The notes: generated by a model not told the origin, from the sequence alone. A DNA stretch of 64,000 nucleotides from Eledone cirrhosa (GCA_964016885.1 CAXHJY010001738.1:248001-312000); one strand, 5' to 3'; positions 13,746-26,750 are shown, counted from the first letter of the stretch. Made by a program: numbers and translations.

Positions 13746-13929
13746 GTGGATTGGCAGTATCGGTAGAGTGTCGGACGCCATGCTTTCTAGCATAGTTACG
13801 TCCCTTTACGATCTGAGTTCAAATCCCGCCGAGGTTGACTTTGCCTTTCATCCTTACGGGGTCGATAAAATAAAGTACCAGTAATGCACTGGGTAATTGC
13901 TGGCCTTGTGCCTAAAGTAGAAACAATTA
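13746..13929 (+). mobile_element. tRNA-derived SINE inserted in a ~130-bp tandem duplication upstream of the R4-like ORF
   Basis: Same family as 6919. Flanks 13660-13745 plus 13926-13956 are repeated uninterrupted at ~13977-14113. Confidence 0.85.
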
Positions 13930-14318
13930 CATTTATAAAGAAATATACAAGTAACGTTTTCGATTCAGAAACCAAAACATAAGTGTTTGAACTGTGAATA
14001 TGTTGTGAATATGTTGTAGAACACCTATTTATATGAATGATACATAAACTTTAACATATAAATACAGCCTTGTTATATTATATTACATTCATAAAGAAAT
14101 ATACTAAGTAACGGTTTTTTTTATTTGTTCTCGATTCAAACGATTCAAAAATAACGTTTAAAACACAATTGTAGAATTAAAAACTAACTGAAAAGAAATA
14201 TTATCCAAGCTGTGAATAACTTTAAATTTGATTCTCACAGAACTTTGTCGAAACTTTTAAAGATCATCGACTATTTTGAAAAATAAATACAAAATATTAG
14301 TGAATAGACGAACTCATC

Positions 14319-17300
14319 ATGGCAAAAAGTACAAGTCTCCTTCGACCAAATCGCAACTATAACCGTTGTATACAGTGGAGCTACGAGCTTAACAAAGAAT
14401 TATATGAAGCATACAAACAATCTGAACCCGAAAAGTTCGGTTTTATGCAAAGGCAAAAAACTTTATGGAACTCCAACACCCAGAATTAGACTGTTCTCCA
14501 AAGCATTTAAATGAACAGGCAAAACGTATCATTAGATGTAAATTGATACATCTAACGGAATTGAGGGATACTACAAATACAGCCCTTGTAGACAACCACC
14601 CCACTTCTACTGACAGACAAAGAGAATGGCCAGCTAAATCTATCAGTGACCAGCTCACCAACAATTTTGCTGAAATCCATCCCACTTCCACTGGAGAACA
14701 GCGAGAATGGTCACCTAACTCTAGTAGTAATTGTCACCACATCAATAACGAGGCTGAAATTCATAACTCTACTGTACAAACAGAACACCAAAAACTTGTG
14801 GACACTTTACAAGTGATATGGGATGATATGTTTCAAGAGATACACAGCCTTAATGTGAGTGACAGACCATGCCACACCAGAATCAGTAAAGAACCCACTA
14901 AATTGGAATTGGAAGCGGTGAACGAAATAGCTGACAATTATCAGAAGGCTATACGACATTTGAAATGCTTAACATTTTGTTATATGTTTCAGCTGTCACA
15001 TTGCTATCATATAAAAAAACATCTAAAGCCACGCAATCAAGATACGAACGAAAAGCCTGAACCAACATGGATGCGAAATTTAAAAAGCAAAATGTTATCC
15101 CTGAGACGAAGTATCTCACAAATCGCAGTCATTATGAAATGCAACAGAGAGCAACTTCATACGACACCAGGAAGACGTAAAAAAAAATTAGAGAGACGAT
15201 TTGGAGATACAAAATTTAAAACTTTAAACTCCAAATTACACCAGTTGAAACAACAACTCACAGCTACAACAGAAAGACTAAAATATAAGTCAACAGCACA
15301 TAAACGACAAGTGCTAAATAGATTGTTTGCCGGAGATCCTAAATCAGTTTATCGAAGCTTCGGTGGTAAAAGCTCAATCTCTGTAAATGACACCCCTTCA
15401 AAAGAACAGGTTGAGAGCTACTGGAGATCTGTATGGGAAACGGATGACGGATTCAACAGACAAACTAAATGGCTAAAAGAACTGGAACAGGACGACTGCC
15501 AACATATCCAGACAAAACAATATGACATAGATGGGTCAATACTGGAAACAACTCTACAGAAAATGTCGAATAGGAAATCACCAGGCCCAGACCTCATAAC
15601 AGGATACTGGTTGAAGAATTTCACTTTCTATCGGCAAGATCTCATACGGCTGTTTACAGAAACCATTAAAGGCCCACAAGAACTCCCCAGATGGTTATCA
15701 ACTGCCACTACTTTCCTCATTCCCCAAAATAGCCAAACCACCCTTGCTAAAAATTACCGCCCAATAGCCTGCCAAAACATCATGTATAAATTATATACTG
15801 GGTGCCTTAACCTGTTCTTACAGGATCACTGTGCTACCAACAACATTATATCATCTGAGCAAGCTGGTGGAAGGAGGGGGGTGTTTGGGTTGCATAGATC
15901 ACCTACTAACTAATAAAATGATTCAAGAAAAAACAACAAAGAATCACAGAAACATGACTGTGGTGTGGCTGGACTATCAAAAAGCATTTGATAGTGTACT
16001 TCATGGGTGGATTGTTAAGGCTTTACAGTTAGCCAAAGTCCCACAACCACTGGTAGCTGCTGTTGAACGTCTGACCAAGAACTGGTACACCAATTTGATC
16101 CTTAGAGGTGAGAAGGAGCAAGTTAAGACTGATAAGATACATTACCAGAAGGGCATCTTTCAGGGTGATAGCTTGTCAGTGCTACTCTTCGTTCTCTCAC
16201 TGAATCCACTATCTTACCTACTCAGGAAACAAGGTGGACAAAGAAGTGGGTCCAGAAGTATCTCCCATCTTTTCTTTGTTGATGACCTGAAGTTGTATGG
16301 GCCAAATATCAATGACATCAAGAAACAATTGGACCTCATTATACAATTTTCAACCGACATCAAAATGAAATTTGGTGAGTCCAAGTGTGCATATTTGGCA
16401 GTAAAACTTGGAAGAACTGTGTCCTCCTCTAGAAATCTAGAGATGAACGGCCTGACAATACAACCTCTACAGTCAGGTGACAACTACAGATATCTTGGAC
16501 AAGATGAGAATGTCAGATATCATGGACCCATAAATAAGGAGATAACAAGAACTGAATACCTCAGAAGAGTAAAGAAAATATGATCATCAGAACTGTCAGC
16601 GTACAACAAATACATTGCCCACAATACTTATGCTGTGCCAATTCTAACGCCAACATTTGGCCTGCTGAACTGGTCATTGCAAGAACTAAGTGAGATGGAT
16701 GTTAGAACTCGCAAATCTCTGTGTTACTGGGAACTTTAACATCAATGGTGATGTGGATAGGCTATACTTCTCACGCAAGGAAGGTGGCCGGGGTCTAAAA
16801 TCCATATTAACATCATATGAGACCCGGATAGTAACACTGAAGCAACATCTTCAACAGAAGAAAAAGGTTGGCAACCATCTTGCCCAGGTTTATGAACATG
16901 AAGAAAAAAATATTATTAGAATAGCGACTGATCTGGAGGAGAGATATGGAATAAAGCCTGATATAAGTCTCTCACCCAGAGAAATCGGAAGATCCTATTC
17001 AATGATCAAACAAGATGAAAAAATTGACCAATTTACAGAAAAAGTTGTGCACGGATACTTGAGACGTAAAACACAGACCATAGAGGGGATAAACCACTCA
17101 AAAAGCCTGGCATGGAGTTCCGACAAGTTTATGACATCACACCTTGAGGGATATCTCTATGCAATACAGGAACAAGAACTCCCTACCAAATATCTGCTGC
17201 ACAAAAGAGAAGGGCCATCAGCTGACAATAAATGTAGGCTATGTAAAACAAAGATCGAGGATGTAAGCCAGCTGCGAAAGAATGTCATCTCGCTACTACC

Positions 17301-17794
17301 TCCCGATGAGACACGATGGGATAGCTAGAACCATCTGGAACGCACTTCGGAAAACAAAATTGAAAACAAACGAGGAAGAATATTTTGAGACAGATGGCAC
17401 TAAGGAATACTGGTGGAACCTAAAAATAAAAACTGCCACCAAATTAAAGCACAACCGGCCTGATATTGTTGTTTGGGACCACACATTGAAAACGTGTTCT
17501 GTTGTGGAGATCAGCTGCCCACTTGATGTAAACGTTGTCAGAAAAATACAGGAGAGGGAGGACATTTATGGACCATTGATGAGGAGTTTACAAATCCAGT
17601 ATCCAAGATACACCTTTAGCTTCATACACATCATTATTGGAACTACGGGTTATATACCAACCCGCTTGGACCAATGTATAACTGAACTTGGATTTGCGGA
17701 CAAAGAGCGCAGCTCCCTAATTCATAGTCTACAAATGGCTGCGATAGCTGGCACCTTCAAAATTTGCAAAACATTCTTGCGATTCAAGGGATGA
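14319..17794 (+). pseudogene. R4-like single ORF (RT, CCHC, PD-(D/E)xK), frameshifted
   Basis: ORF pieces 14465-15913, 15831-16583, 16690-17328 and 17282-17794 in different frames. Confidence 0.85.
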
Positions 17795-17898
17795 CAATTT
17801 CTTTTCTTTTACAACCTTGCCACCAGGAAGGTGGCCGGTCAAAAATATACTCGAAATTAAGAGAAAGAGATAACATACATACATACATACATATACAC

Positions 17899-19459
17899 GT
17901 GAAGGCTGCCCCCTCGTTTTCGAGTATGGGCATTGCCCGATTATCAATAATTATCAATTAATTCTATCGTGCAATGCCTGTGGGTGAAGATATTTTTTAA
18001 AGTGAGGAAAGACTGTGCACTGAGCCAATCCCACTCTCTGAGCGACAGTAGCTATAACCCGAAAAGAAGAAAAGATCAACATCATCGATAACTACTGAGC
18101 CGCAGGTTTTATGTCGGAGTCATCCCTGTTTCCTGAGTTGCCTTCTGGAAGAATGCCCTGACAAAGGCTAGGGGGCCTTCACTCCCAGTCGTTTAACCTC
18201 GGGATCATGTATCCAGCCCGATTATTATCCAGCCCGATTATTTCTATGTCCTCGCGCATATACATACACATATGCATACACGCACATACATACATACATA
18301 CATACATACATACATACATACATACATACATACATACATACATACATACGTACATACATACACACATACATACATACATGGTGGCTGCCAACTCGTTTTC
18401 GAGTACGGCCACTACTTTATATCCATGTAGGAGAACTCCTACTGATGCGCTGAACGAGTGTGATTTTTAGTCCAGCCAGCCACTTGAAAACTCTGGTACA
18501 AACACTACACTTGTGACAATTACTGACACATAGTGCTGGGCCCATGGTACCATGTGACGACAAGTGCAGAGAGATCTCCAGATATAAAGCAATGCCTGTG
18601 CCGTGAAGCTTTTATAGTGAGCAAAGGCACTGCACAAAGCCAGTCCCACTCTCTTAACCAAGATGATATTTACCAAAAAGAAGAACAAGTCAACATCATT
18701 TGATACCATCAGGGTTGCAGGTGTTATATCAGAGTTTTCCTTCTCCTAGAATTCTGCCTTGACAAAGGCTAAGGGGTCATCTCTCCCGGATACATACATA
18801 CATACATACATACAAACATACATACATACATACATACATACACACTTTTGGGGGATGGCCGTTGACTCTTATGAGTTCTTCCGCCCTTTGTCAGGTTTTG
18901 TTTTTTGTCCTGCAGGGTGTCCAAAATCACTCTCCTCACCAAGTACTCTGCTAAGAGTATTGCAATCGTTGTCAGATTATAGAGTTTGGTGCCCTTTTAG
19001 GCTACGGCCAGCCACATCTACCTGTAACAGACCCTGAACAAGTAATGCCTGTGCTTTGAATGTTTTTTAAGTGGGGAAAGGCCTTGCACTCGACCAATTC
19101 CACTCTCTGAGCATCGAAAAAACTCCCTGAAAAGGAGAACTGGTCAACAACATCAGATGCTTCCGAAGCCGCAGGTTTTTTTTTCAGAGTTTCACTCTCC
19201 TAGAAAGGTGTTGTGACAACAACTGGGGGCCTTTCACTCCCAGGTGAAAATAAAAAAAAATGCTAGTACTATTTGGATGGCCCTTGACTCTGCTGAGTTC
19301 CTCCGCCCTTTGTCGGGTCTTGTATTTTATCCCGCAGCATGTCCAAATATCACCCTCCTCACAAAGCTAGCTTGGTGGAGTTGGTTTAGTGCCGACGACT
19401 CAGCCACGATACAGGTTGTATTGGGTTACTTGTTACAAGTAGCACTCGAGAGCGACCTG
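17899..19459 (-). mobile_element. Cluster of 3-4 related ~360-410 bp non-coding retroelement-like copies, mostly separated by (TACA)n
   Basis: Copies ~17899-18256, 18380-18790 and 18849-19243 share aatgcctgtg..gcac..cccactctc..tcaaca..gcagg..gagt..tcct..gacaa..gggg..ctccc. 19273-19459 shares its left end with 18849. On the minus strand they end in a hairpin, and the first two have an (ATGT)n tail. Confidence 0.6.
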
Positions 19460-19651
19460 ACATACATACAAACATACATACATACATGCATACATACATA
19501 CATATACACACATATATATATATGTGAGTGTGTGTGTGTGTGGCTGTGTATGTGTGCGGAGAGAGAGAGGGGGCGACAATGAGTAATGTATATAGGGAGG
19601 GATATATATAATCTTGGGTAATGACCGAAGGAATAGGATCGAAATGGCCAA

Positions 19652-20063
19652 AATGGGGTAACATTACTTGATAAAGTGAGTAGCTCTGAGATGAGAGTCA
19701 CTCCAGGTAGAGCTGCTACTTCTCCCAATTGAGAGATCACAGCTCTGATACTAAGGACATGTGGTTAGAATGTCTCAGGAAAGAATAGCTGGGTAGATTT
19801 TATAGGCAAAACCCACTGACAGGAGACTCAGGGGTAGATTCTGGGCAAGATGGTTAGATAACATCCATGAGCTTGGCTGGTCCTGCTTGAGTATCCTCCA
19901 GAGGTGTTTGCTTCTGACAGGACCTGCTGGAAGAAGTGTCCCCACGACCCTCTCAGGAAGAAGAAGAAGAAGAAGAAGAAGAAGAAGAAGAAGAAGAAGA
20001 AGAAGAAGAAGAAGAAGAAGAAGAAGAAGAAGAAGAAGAAGAAGAAGAAGAAGAAGAAGAAGA
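19652..20063 (+). mobile_element. RTE-clade LINE 3' fragment with (GAA)n tail
   Basis: GVTLLDKVSSSE..VELLLLPIERSQL*Y*GHVVRMSQERIA..RRLRGR..RWLDNI (RTE/Rex3-type C-terminus). (GAA)n at 19957-20063. Confidence 0.8.
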
Positions 20064-20115
20064 TATATACTATATATATGTGTGTATGTTCATTGTAATA
20101 AAGATAAATAGTGAG

Positions 20116-20166
20116 TCTTGTTATTCTACAGTTTCGCCTGTTTTATCACGGAGTCATCAGACAAGA
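20116..20166 (-). ncRNA. Hammerhead-like motif (type I)
   Basis: Minus strand tcttgt-CTGATGA-ctccgtgataaaacaggc-GAAA-c-tgta-g-aata-acaaga. 6-bp stem I, weak stem II, atypical 4-nt segment before stem I. Confidence 0.45.
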
Positions 20167-20226
20167 AAAACTTCGGTATTTAGTACTCCTTTCTCTCAGC
20201 CGTCAACCACATCTATATATATATAT

Positions 20227-20493
20227 ATATATAAAGTAGCGAAGCAAGCGGTTATTAAACAATTCTCTAAATAAATTAAAAAACGATTTAAATAATCACC
20301 TGTTCCATTGCTGTCACCGACGGTTTCATCATTCCAAAAGATTCATTTCTTTCCATTGTAAATTCTCTGGATTTCCAATCTTTTGGAATGATGAAACCGT
20401 CGGTGACAGCAATGGAACAGGTGATTATTTAAATCGTTTTTTAATTTATTTAGAGAATTGTTTAATAACCGCTTGCTTCGCTACTTTATATAT
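20227..20493. repeat. Perfect ~117-bp inverted repeat with 33-nt spacer
   Basis: 20227-20343 is the reverse complement of 20377-20493. Confidence 0.92.
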
Positions 20494-20591
20494 TGTTCTG
20501 ATGTCTCGAATTAGTACCATTGAACCACAAGTATTATAAACAACTTGAATATTTCTACAAGTACATTGTACCTGTTGAGGTATTCATCCAC

Positions 20592-20675
<84 letters not shown>

Positions 20676-20769
20676 GTATCCACAGTAAGTTGTGGGGTCT
20701 ATTCTGCATAAAGAACTCAATGTAATCCATATGTTGAAAATGTAGGTTAAAATAAATCCCGGAAAACAA

Positions 20770-22418
20770 TAAAACATTAAAAGGAAAACAGAATCATATA
20801 AGTTAAAGCAAAGAAATAAAAAATCAAGTCATTAGAAATATACTTCACTGTTTTACGATCGTTTCTAGGTGATGATAATACATCGTAACTATACTTCGTT
20901 ATCGATCTATGTAAGGTTAGTTACAAAATATCAGATAAGGAAAATATTTACTTACATGCATATCACCAGCTGTTGTCAAAACCAATAATAATTTTATTCA
21001 AAATTACTAGTAAATTAGTATTATGTTTAGTTCTATGACCTTATTTGGAGGTAGCTGAAGAACAAACCAATCATATTGTTTTTTTTTTCCATATGATTTT
21101 AAGATGAAAAATAATTCACTTTAGTTGAGGTCATGACCCTTTGAAAGGAATGGTTGAAGGGTGTTAATAATATAATTGCTATAAAGAATCTATTAGGAAG
21201 AAGGGGATTGTCAAATTGATAGTTGAGTGTATATGGTGGAGTGAAGTTTAAAAGGAATGTAAAAATTAAATGTTGAGTTGTGTTGTGTGGAGTTTTTAGG
21301 GGAATATAAATTAAGGTCATGGCTAGGAAAGATAGTATATTAAAAGATGGAAATTATAATAAGATAATGAAATACAGTAATACAATAATATAATATAATT
21401 GTTTCTACTTTTGGCACAAGGCCAGCAATTATCCCAGTATATTACTGGTACTTTATTTTATCGACCCCGTAAGGATGAAAGGCAAAGTTAACCTCGGCGG
21501 GATTTGAACTCAGACCATAAAGGGCCGTAACTCTATGCTGCAATAACACAATATAGTACGATGTGGTAAACTGTACTTAGTATAATACAGCGTATGATAC
21601 GCCCTAAAATACTTTCAAGTATGTCCATGTATAAACAATCAAACTCAGATAAATACATGTTGACATAGTCAAAACGCATAAATGTCATAGATCACAAAGT
21701 GCATATACCCACATTATAGAGAGAGGTATGGTTATATTGATACGCAATTAAAAATATACATACACATAAATAGATGCAAACATATACATACATCTACACA
21801 TGTGCATACAATCATATACACATATATTTATATATATATATATACATTTACATATACACACCTATACACACATATATATATATGTATGTACACACACATA
21901 CATGCACACACACACACATAAACACTCATACACACACACACATATATATATATATTCACATATCATACATACATAGATATATATTTACTCATGCAATTAC
22001 GGGTGGTTGTGTACCTTATTGCCTTTAGTCATTAACGCATAAATCTAAGGAAGCTAAAAAATTAAAAGGTAAGAAATAAGCATGAATGCGTATAATTAGG
22101 GGAAAGGGATACTAACAAATGTTACGCTATATAGAATTATAGTGAGTTGCTATTTAGAATATTTAATTAGGTTTATAGTATTTAAATGTTTTTCGTATAC
22201 GGTGATTACAAACTATAAACAGTTCCTGTCTTTTATTTAATAAATCGTCCTTAGATTTAGTCATTTCCAAGATCTCCCCTGAATATAACCTGCATTCTCT
22301 CCTGTTCTCAAGATATGGAGTTCTTTGTAGAATGGTGTTCCACGATAGCTTGAAATCTATTTTTTTTCTTTTTATAGTTATTTACTGCTTCAGCTAAAGA
22401 TGTGGTGTTAGCTAGTTT
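20770..22418 (-). mobile_element. Second copy of the 5285-7548 PLE family (3' part), interrupted by a SINE and microsatellites
   Basis: 22163-22418(-) reads KLANTTSLAEAVNNY../DFKLSWNTILQRTPYLENRRECRLYSGEILEMTKSKDDLLNKRQELFIVCNHRIRKTFKYYKPN*, with the same C-terminus as 6191. The pLTR motif ttttacgatcgtttctagg recurs at ~20851. Confidence 0.78.
21397..21540 (-). mobile_element. 5'-truncated tRNA-derived SINE
   Basis: Reverse complement of the SINE core and B-box. Confidence 0.85.
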
Positions 22419-22640
22419 ACTATATCATGTGATATATAGTAAAAAAACGCAATATTGAAGATAGAACTGAGCCTTTCATACCTAAAAGCCCGCACTTCAA
22501 CCTTAAGGACCATAAATCTGACTTTAATTCGAACCCATCTATTAGACTGATATGCCCATCAAAATCCAAGAACATATCAAAATACTACTACAGCAGAACT
22601 TTACCTTCCTCCTGTTATAATTGTAGTCAGCATGTTTTCT

Positions 22641-22732
<92 letters not shown>

Positions 22733-23566
22733 ATGTGTGTGTGTGTGTGTGTGTGTATATTGCCTCCTTAACCTCTGTATTAACTTACCTATTATATTGC
22801 TACTCTGTTAATGTTGTCTTATACATGTATGTTATTGATGATGAGAAAGCTAGACAACCCTTTCATATCATATAATATAGACCACACAAATATTACTATC
22901 CTCACTACTGTGATAAATTCTTCATCTGTCAGATAATAAATTATTCTTACGGCCACCAGACCTACATTGTTTAAAGCCGCCGGCTTATCTTTACACTATA
23001 TATAATACACCCTATGACAGCTTTAAAATGTCAATTTTATACATCTGCCTCATGTCAGCTAGTTTTACACGCTAAAATCGTGGATATACTATACTTCCCA
23101 CCTAGATTGATGTTGTGATTATTTCAAATAATTTATTGCTAGCATTGTTAGTATTGTTGTTATTGTTCTGATTGAATGCATTACTACTATATATAGTAGC
23201 AATGCCTGTATATTCCTTTCATTCTCACAAGCTCCGATGAATTGACTGGTTATAACTTTGTATTGGTGATCGAGTAACGCGAAAATAAGCGGGTAGCGAT
23301 CTCTAGACCTACCAATTCAGAGAAACAATTGTCAGCAATGAGATTAAAAACCTTTTTTGTATAGCAAACCGTGTCACTCTTCTTTCCTGATTTATCATTA
23401 CTCCAAGTGTTTACAACATAGGAATTACAGCATACTCGCAGCATCACTATGGAAACGCCTTGTTGACTCAAACTAACTTAGCCAAGTGTTGATATCATCC
23501 ACTACCCGGAGTACCCTGACTGGACTACACTTAAGTGGACTACCTATAACAATTATCTGTTACCCC

Positions 23567-23650
<84 letters not shown>

Positions 23651-23654
<4 letters not shown>

Positions 23655-23903
23655 TAACATAACAGATTAAAGTTTAAGCAAAGAATCGCTGCTTTCACCC
23701 TTAACGGGATCTTCTGAAACTAACAAAGTCAATCTGTAAACGCAGAACTGGATATTTCAAAAAACGTTGCAACCGGAGGAAGACAGGAAGACGATACTTT
23801 GGTTCGTGGTAACGTTCGCTGGCAAAGAACGGGAAAAAACGAATAATACGTCATTAATAGGAGCGGTGAAAAACAATTACGCGCAAAGACAAAACCACGT
23901 TTA
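23651..23903 (-). mobile_element. Solo copy of the pLTR-like segment of the 848-2551 element, within (TA)n
   Basis: Matches ~939-1191 in the same orientation. Confidence 0.75.
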
Positions 23904-23993
23904 TATATATATATAACAAAGGAATTGTGGTAAGGAACCAGATGGACCATAATGCACCAGAGTACTCAATACTTAGGGTAGAAGAGTGGGAAA

Positions 23994-24107
23994 TAGGAAA
24001 AAGTATGACCCTGACGGCAGAGCTGAACCCGTTTCGACGGCTATTTCTGGACCAGAAATAGGCGTCAAAACGGCTTGAGCTCTGCCGTCGGGGTCATATT
24101 TTTCCTA
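23994..24107. repeat. ~114-bp near-perfect palindrome (also once per macrosatellite spacer, e.g. 25857-25965)
   Basis: taggaaaaagtatgaccc..gacggcagagct..ctatttctgg-a-ccagaaatag..agctctgccgtc..gggtcatatttttccta. Confidence 0.88.
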
Positions 24108-24114
24108 CATATAT

Positions 24115-25064
24115 GCAAACCCGGGTACCACCGTCTGCAAACCCGAGCACCACCGTCTGCAAACCCTGGCACCACCTCCCGCAAACCCTGGCACCATCTC
24201 CCGCAAACCCTGGCACCACCATCTGCAAACCCTGGCACCACCTAACGCAAACCCTGGCACCACCGTCTGCAGACCCTGGCACCGCTGTCTGCAAAACCTG
24301 CCACCACCGTCTGCAAACCCTGGCACCACCGTCTGCAAACCCGGGCACCACCGTCTGCAGACCCTGGCACCACCTCCCGCAAACCCGGGCACCACCGTCT
24401 GCAAACCCTGGCACCACCTCCCGCAAACCCGGGCACCACCGTCTGCAAACCCGGGCACCACCTCCCGCAAACCCTGGCACCACCGTCTGCAAACCCTGGC
24501 ACCACCGTCTACAAACCCTGGCACCGCTGTCTGCAAACCCTGGCACCACCGTCTGCAAACCCTGGCACCACCTCCAGCAAACCCTGGCACCACCGTCTGC
24601 AAACCCTGGCACCGCTGTCTGCAAACCCTAGTACCACCATCTGCAAACCCTAGTACCACCATCTGCAAACCCTGGCACCACCGTCTGCAAACCCTGGAAC
24701 CACCGTCTGCAAACCCTGGAACCACCGTCTACAAACCCTGGCACTGCTGTCTGCAAACCCTGGCACCACCGTCTGCAAACCCTGGCACCACCTCCCGCAA
24801 ACCCTGGCACCACCGTCTGCAAACCCTGGCACCACCGTCTGCAAACCCTGGCACCGCTGTCTGCAAACCCTAGTACCACCATCTGCAAACCCTGGCACCA
24901 CCGTCTGCAAACCCTGGCACCACCGTCTGCAAACCCTGGCACCACCGTCTGCAAACCCTGACACCACCTCCCGCAAACCCTGGCACCACCGTCTGCAAAC
25001 ACGGGCACCACCTCCCGCAAACCCTGGCACCACCGTCTGCAAACCCTGGCACCGCTATCTGCAA
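24115..25064 (+). repeat. 22-bp minisatellite array 1 (~43 units)
   Basis: Consensus GCAAACCCTGGCACCACCGTCT; variants CCCGGG, CCTCCC, CCTAGTACC. Confidence 0.97.
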
Positions 25065-25418
25065 TGCAGATGAAAGGAAGATAAACAAATACCAGGCATT
25101 GTCCGACCATTTCATACCGAGGTGCCATGATATGTCCTCATTGCCATAGAGAGGGCGTTAGTTGTATCATGCTCAAGAATAAAGATGGTATGGTGCGATA
25201 ATATTTTCTAGAAAGGAGAAGTATTTGTGTATGAGGTGGGTGGGTGTTGATAGAGAGGACAGTGTCACATGGCCTCTGATTAAGAAATCTGTGCAGGTTT
25301 GGTGTGGGGAGTCCACAGATGACTATGGGAGCGACCGTGTTGTAGCAATCTATATTATAAACATCGTGCAGTCTGTCACATGGACTGTAATGTTGTTTGT
25401 TGTTGTTTAGAATTTAAA

Positions 25419-25649
25419 GGGCGGTGGATTGGTGGAATCGGTAGAGTGTCGGACACAATGCTTTTCAGCATAGAGTTACGGCTCTTTACGTTCCGAGTTC
25501 AAATTCCACCGAGGTTAACTTTGCCTTTCATCCTTACGGGATCGATAAAATAAAGTACCAGTAATACACTGGAATCGATTTAATCGATCACCCCCCCCCC
25601 CCCCCCCAAAAAAAAAATGTATGCCCTTGTGTCTAAATCAGAAACAATT
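25419..25649 (+). mobile_element. tRNA-derived SINE in spacer (copies 29011-29237, 35212-35435, 41379-41605, 49716-49942)
   Basis: A/B boxes plus shared core, followed by a C-run/A-run. Confidence 0.88.
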
Positions 25650-26173
25650 CTTTGAAGTTCATGGGACAGAAATTACTGTAAAATAAAGAAAGCGGGGGGG
25701 GGGGGGGTTCTCCAACGTTCTTTGTCGACAGTGTTGTCTGTTCCCCCCCTCTCTCACTATATATATATATATATAACAAAGGAATTGTGGTAAGGAACCA
25801 GATGGACCATAACGCTCCAGAGTACTCAATACTTAGGGTAGTAGAGTAGGAAATAGGAAAAAGTATGACCCCGACGGCAGAGCTCAACCCGTTTCGACGG
25901 CTATTTCTGGACCAGAAATAGGCGTCAAAACGGCTTGAGCTCTGCCGTCGGGGTAATACTTTTTTCTCTCTATATATATATAACGAAGGAAGTGTGGTAA
26001 GGAACCAGGTGGACCATAAAGGCACCAGATTACACGATCCTGTGGGTAATAGAGTGGGTAATAGAGTGGGTAGTAGAGAGGGTAGTAGAGAGGGTAATGT
26101 CGTTTCGACAGCTATTTCAGAAATAGCTGTCGAAACGGCTTGAGCTCTGCCGTCGGGGTCCGGACTCTTTTCC

Positions 26174-26234
<61 letters not shown>

Positions 26235-26565
26235 TTGTATACATATATACATACGTATGTATGTATGCATGTATGTACGTATGTATGTATTAATATATAT
26301 ACACACATATATGTGTGTATGTATGTATGTTTTGTACGTATGTGTCTGTATATATATTTAGAAAATTAAAAGTTAAAATCTTTATTGAAGTTAATTGAAA
26401 ATAATAATAAATCGGAAGATGAAAAAATTAGAGTTAGAAATTATGAAAAGTGTATCAATACTGGATATTATATATTATCGATATATTGAACGATAGTACC
26501 GTAACGAAGAATAGAAGATAAATTTCAATTATAGAACTGGAGAACGTAACCTTATTATGTAAGAA

Positions 26566-26640
26566 GCTGTCTGATGAGATCATGGCACTGGTTAGGCTGA
26601 ATCATGTTGCCACTGTTGTCATTGAAATATGTTTCACATC
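26566..26640 (+). ncRNA. Hammerhead-like motif, spacer 1
   Basis: gctgt-CTGATGA-gat..long stem II..att-GAAA-tatgtt-TC-acatc. Homologous, with ~180 bp of context, to 3135-3208. Confidence 0.5.
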
Positions 26641-26750
26641 CTTATCAATAAAGGACTTTGACATCTGAAACTACGTCGCATCTTCTTCTAAATATACTCC
26701 GTCATTCCTTTGTGGATAACGTACGTAGTGTCGTTCAATTAAATTTACCG

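Larger units (their letters stand above)
13533..17873 (+). mobile_element. Near full-length R4/Dong-like non-LTR retrotransposon (RT plus C-terminal restriction-like endonuclease), disrupted
   Basis: ATG 14319 MAKS..CIQWSYELNKELYEAYKQSEPEKFGFMQR; KSPGPDLITGYW, NYRPIAC, WLDYQKAFDSV, GIFQGDSLS, HLFFVDDLKLY, YRYLG, GGRGL, CRLC..E, RHD, RPDIVV..EISCP. The 5' boundary is approximate. Confidence 0.85.

Noticed and set aside
23231-23300. Hammerhead-like ccgatga...gaaa
   Set aside because: The core is mutated and stems cannot be paired convincingly.
25066-25125. Tandemly repeated host exon (tgcag|ATGAAAGG...GAG|gtgcca)
   Set aside because: Weak splice signals, no polypyrimidine tract, and the sequence is better explained as CRE-like endonuclease coding remnant.
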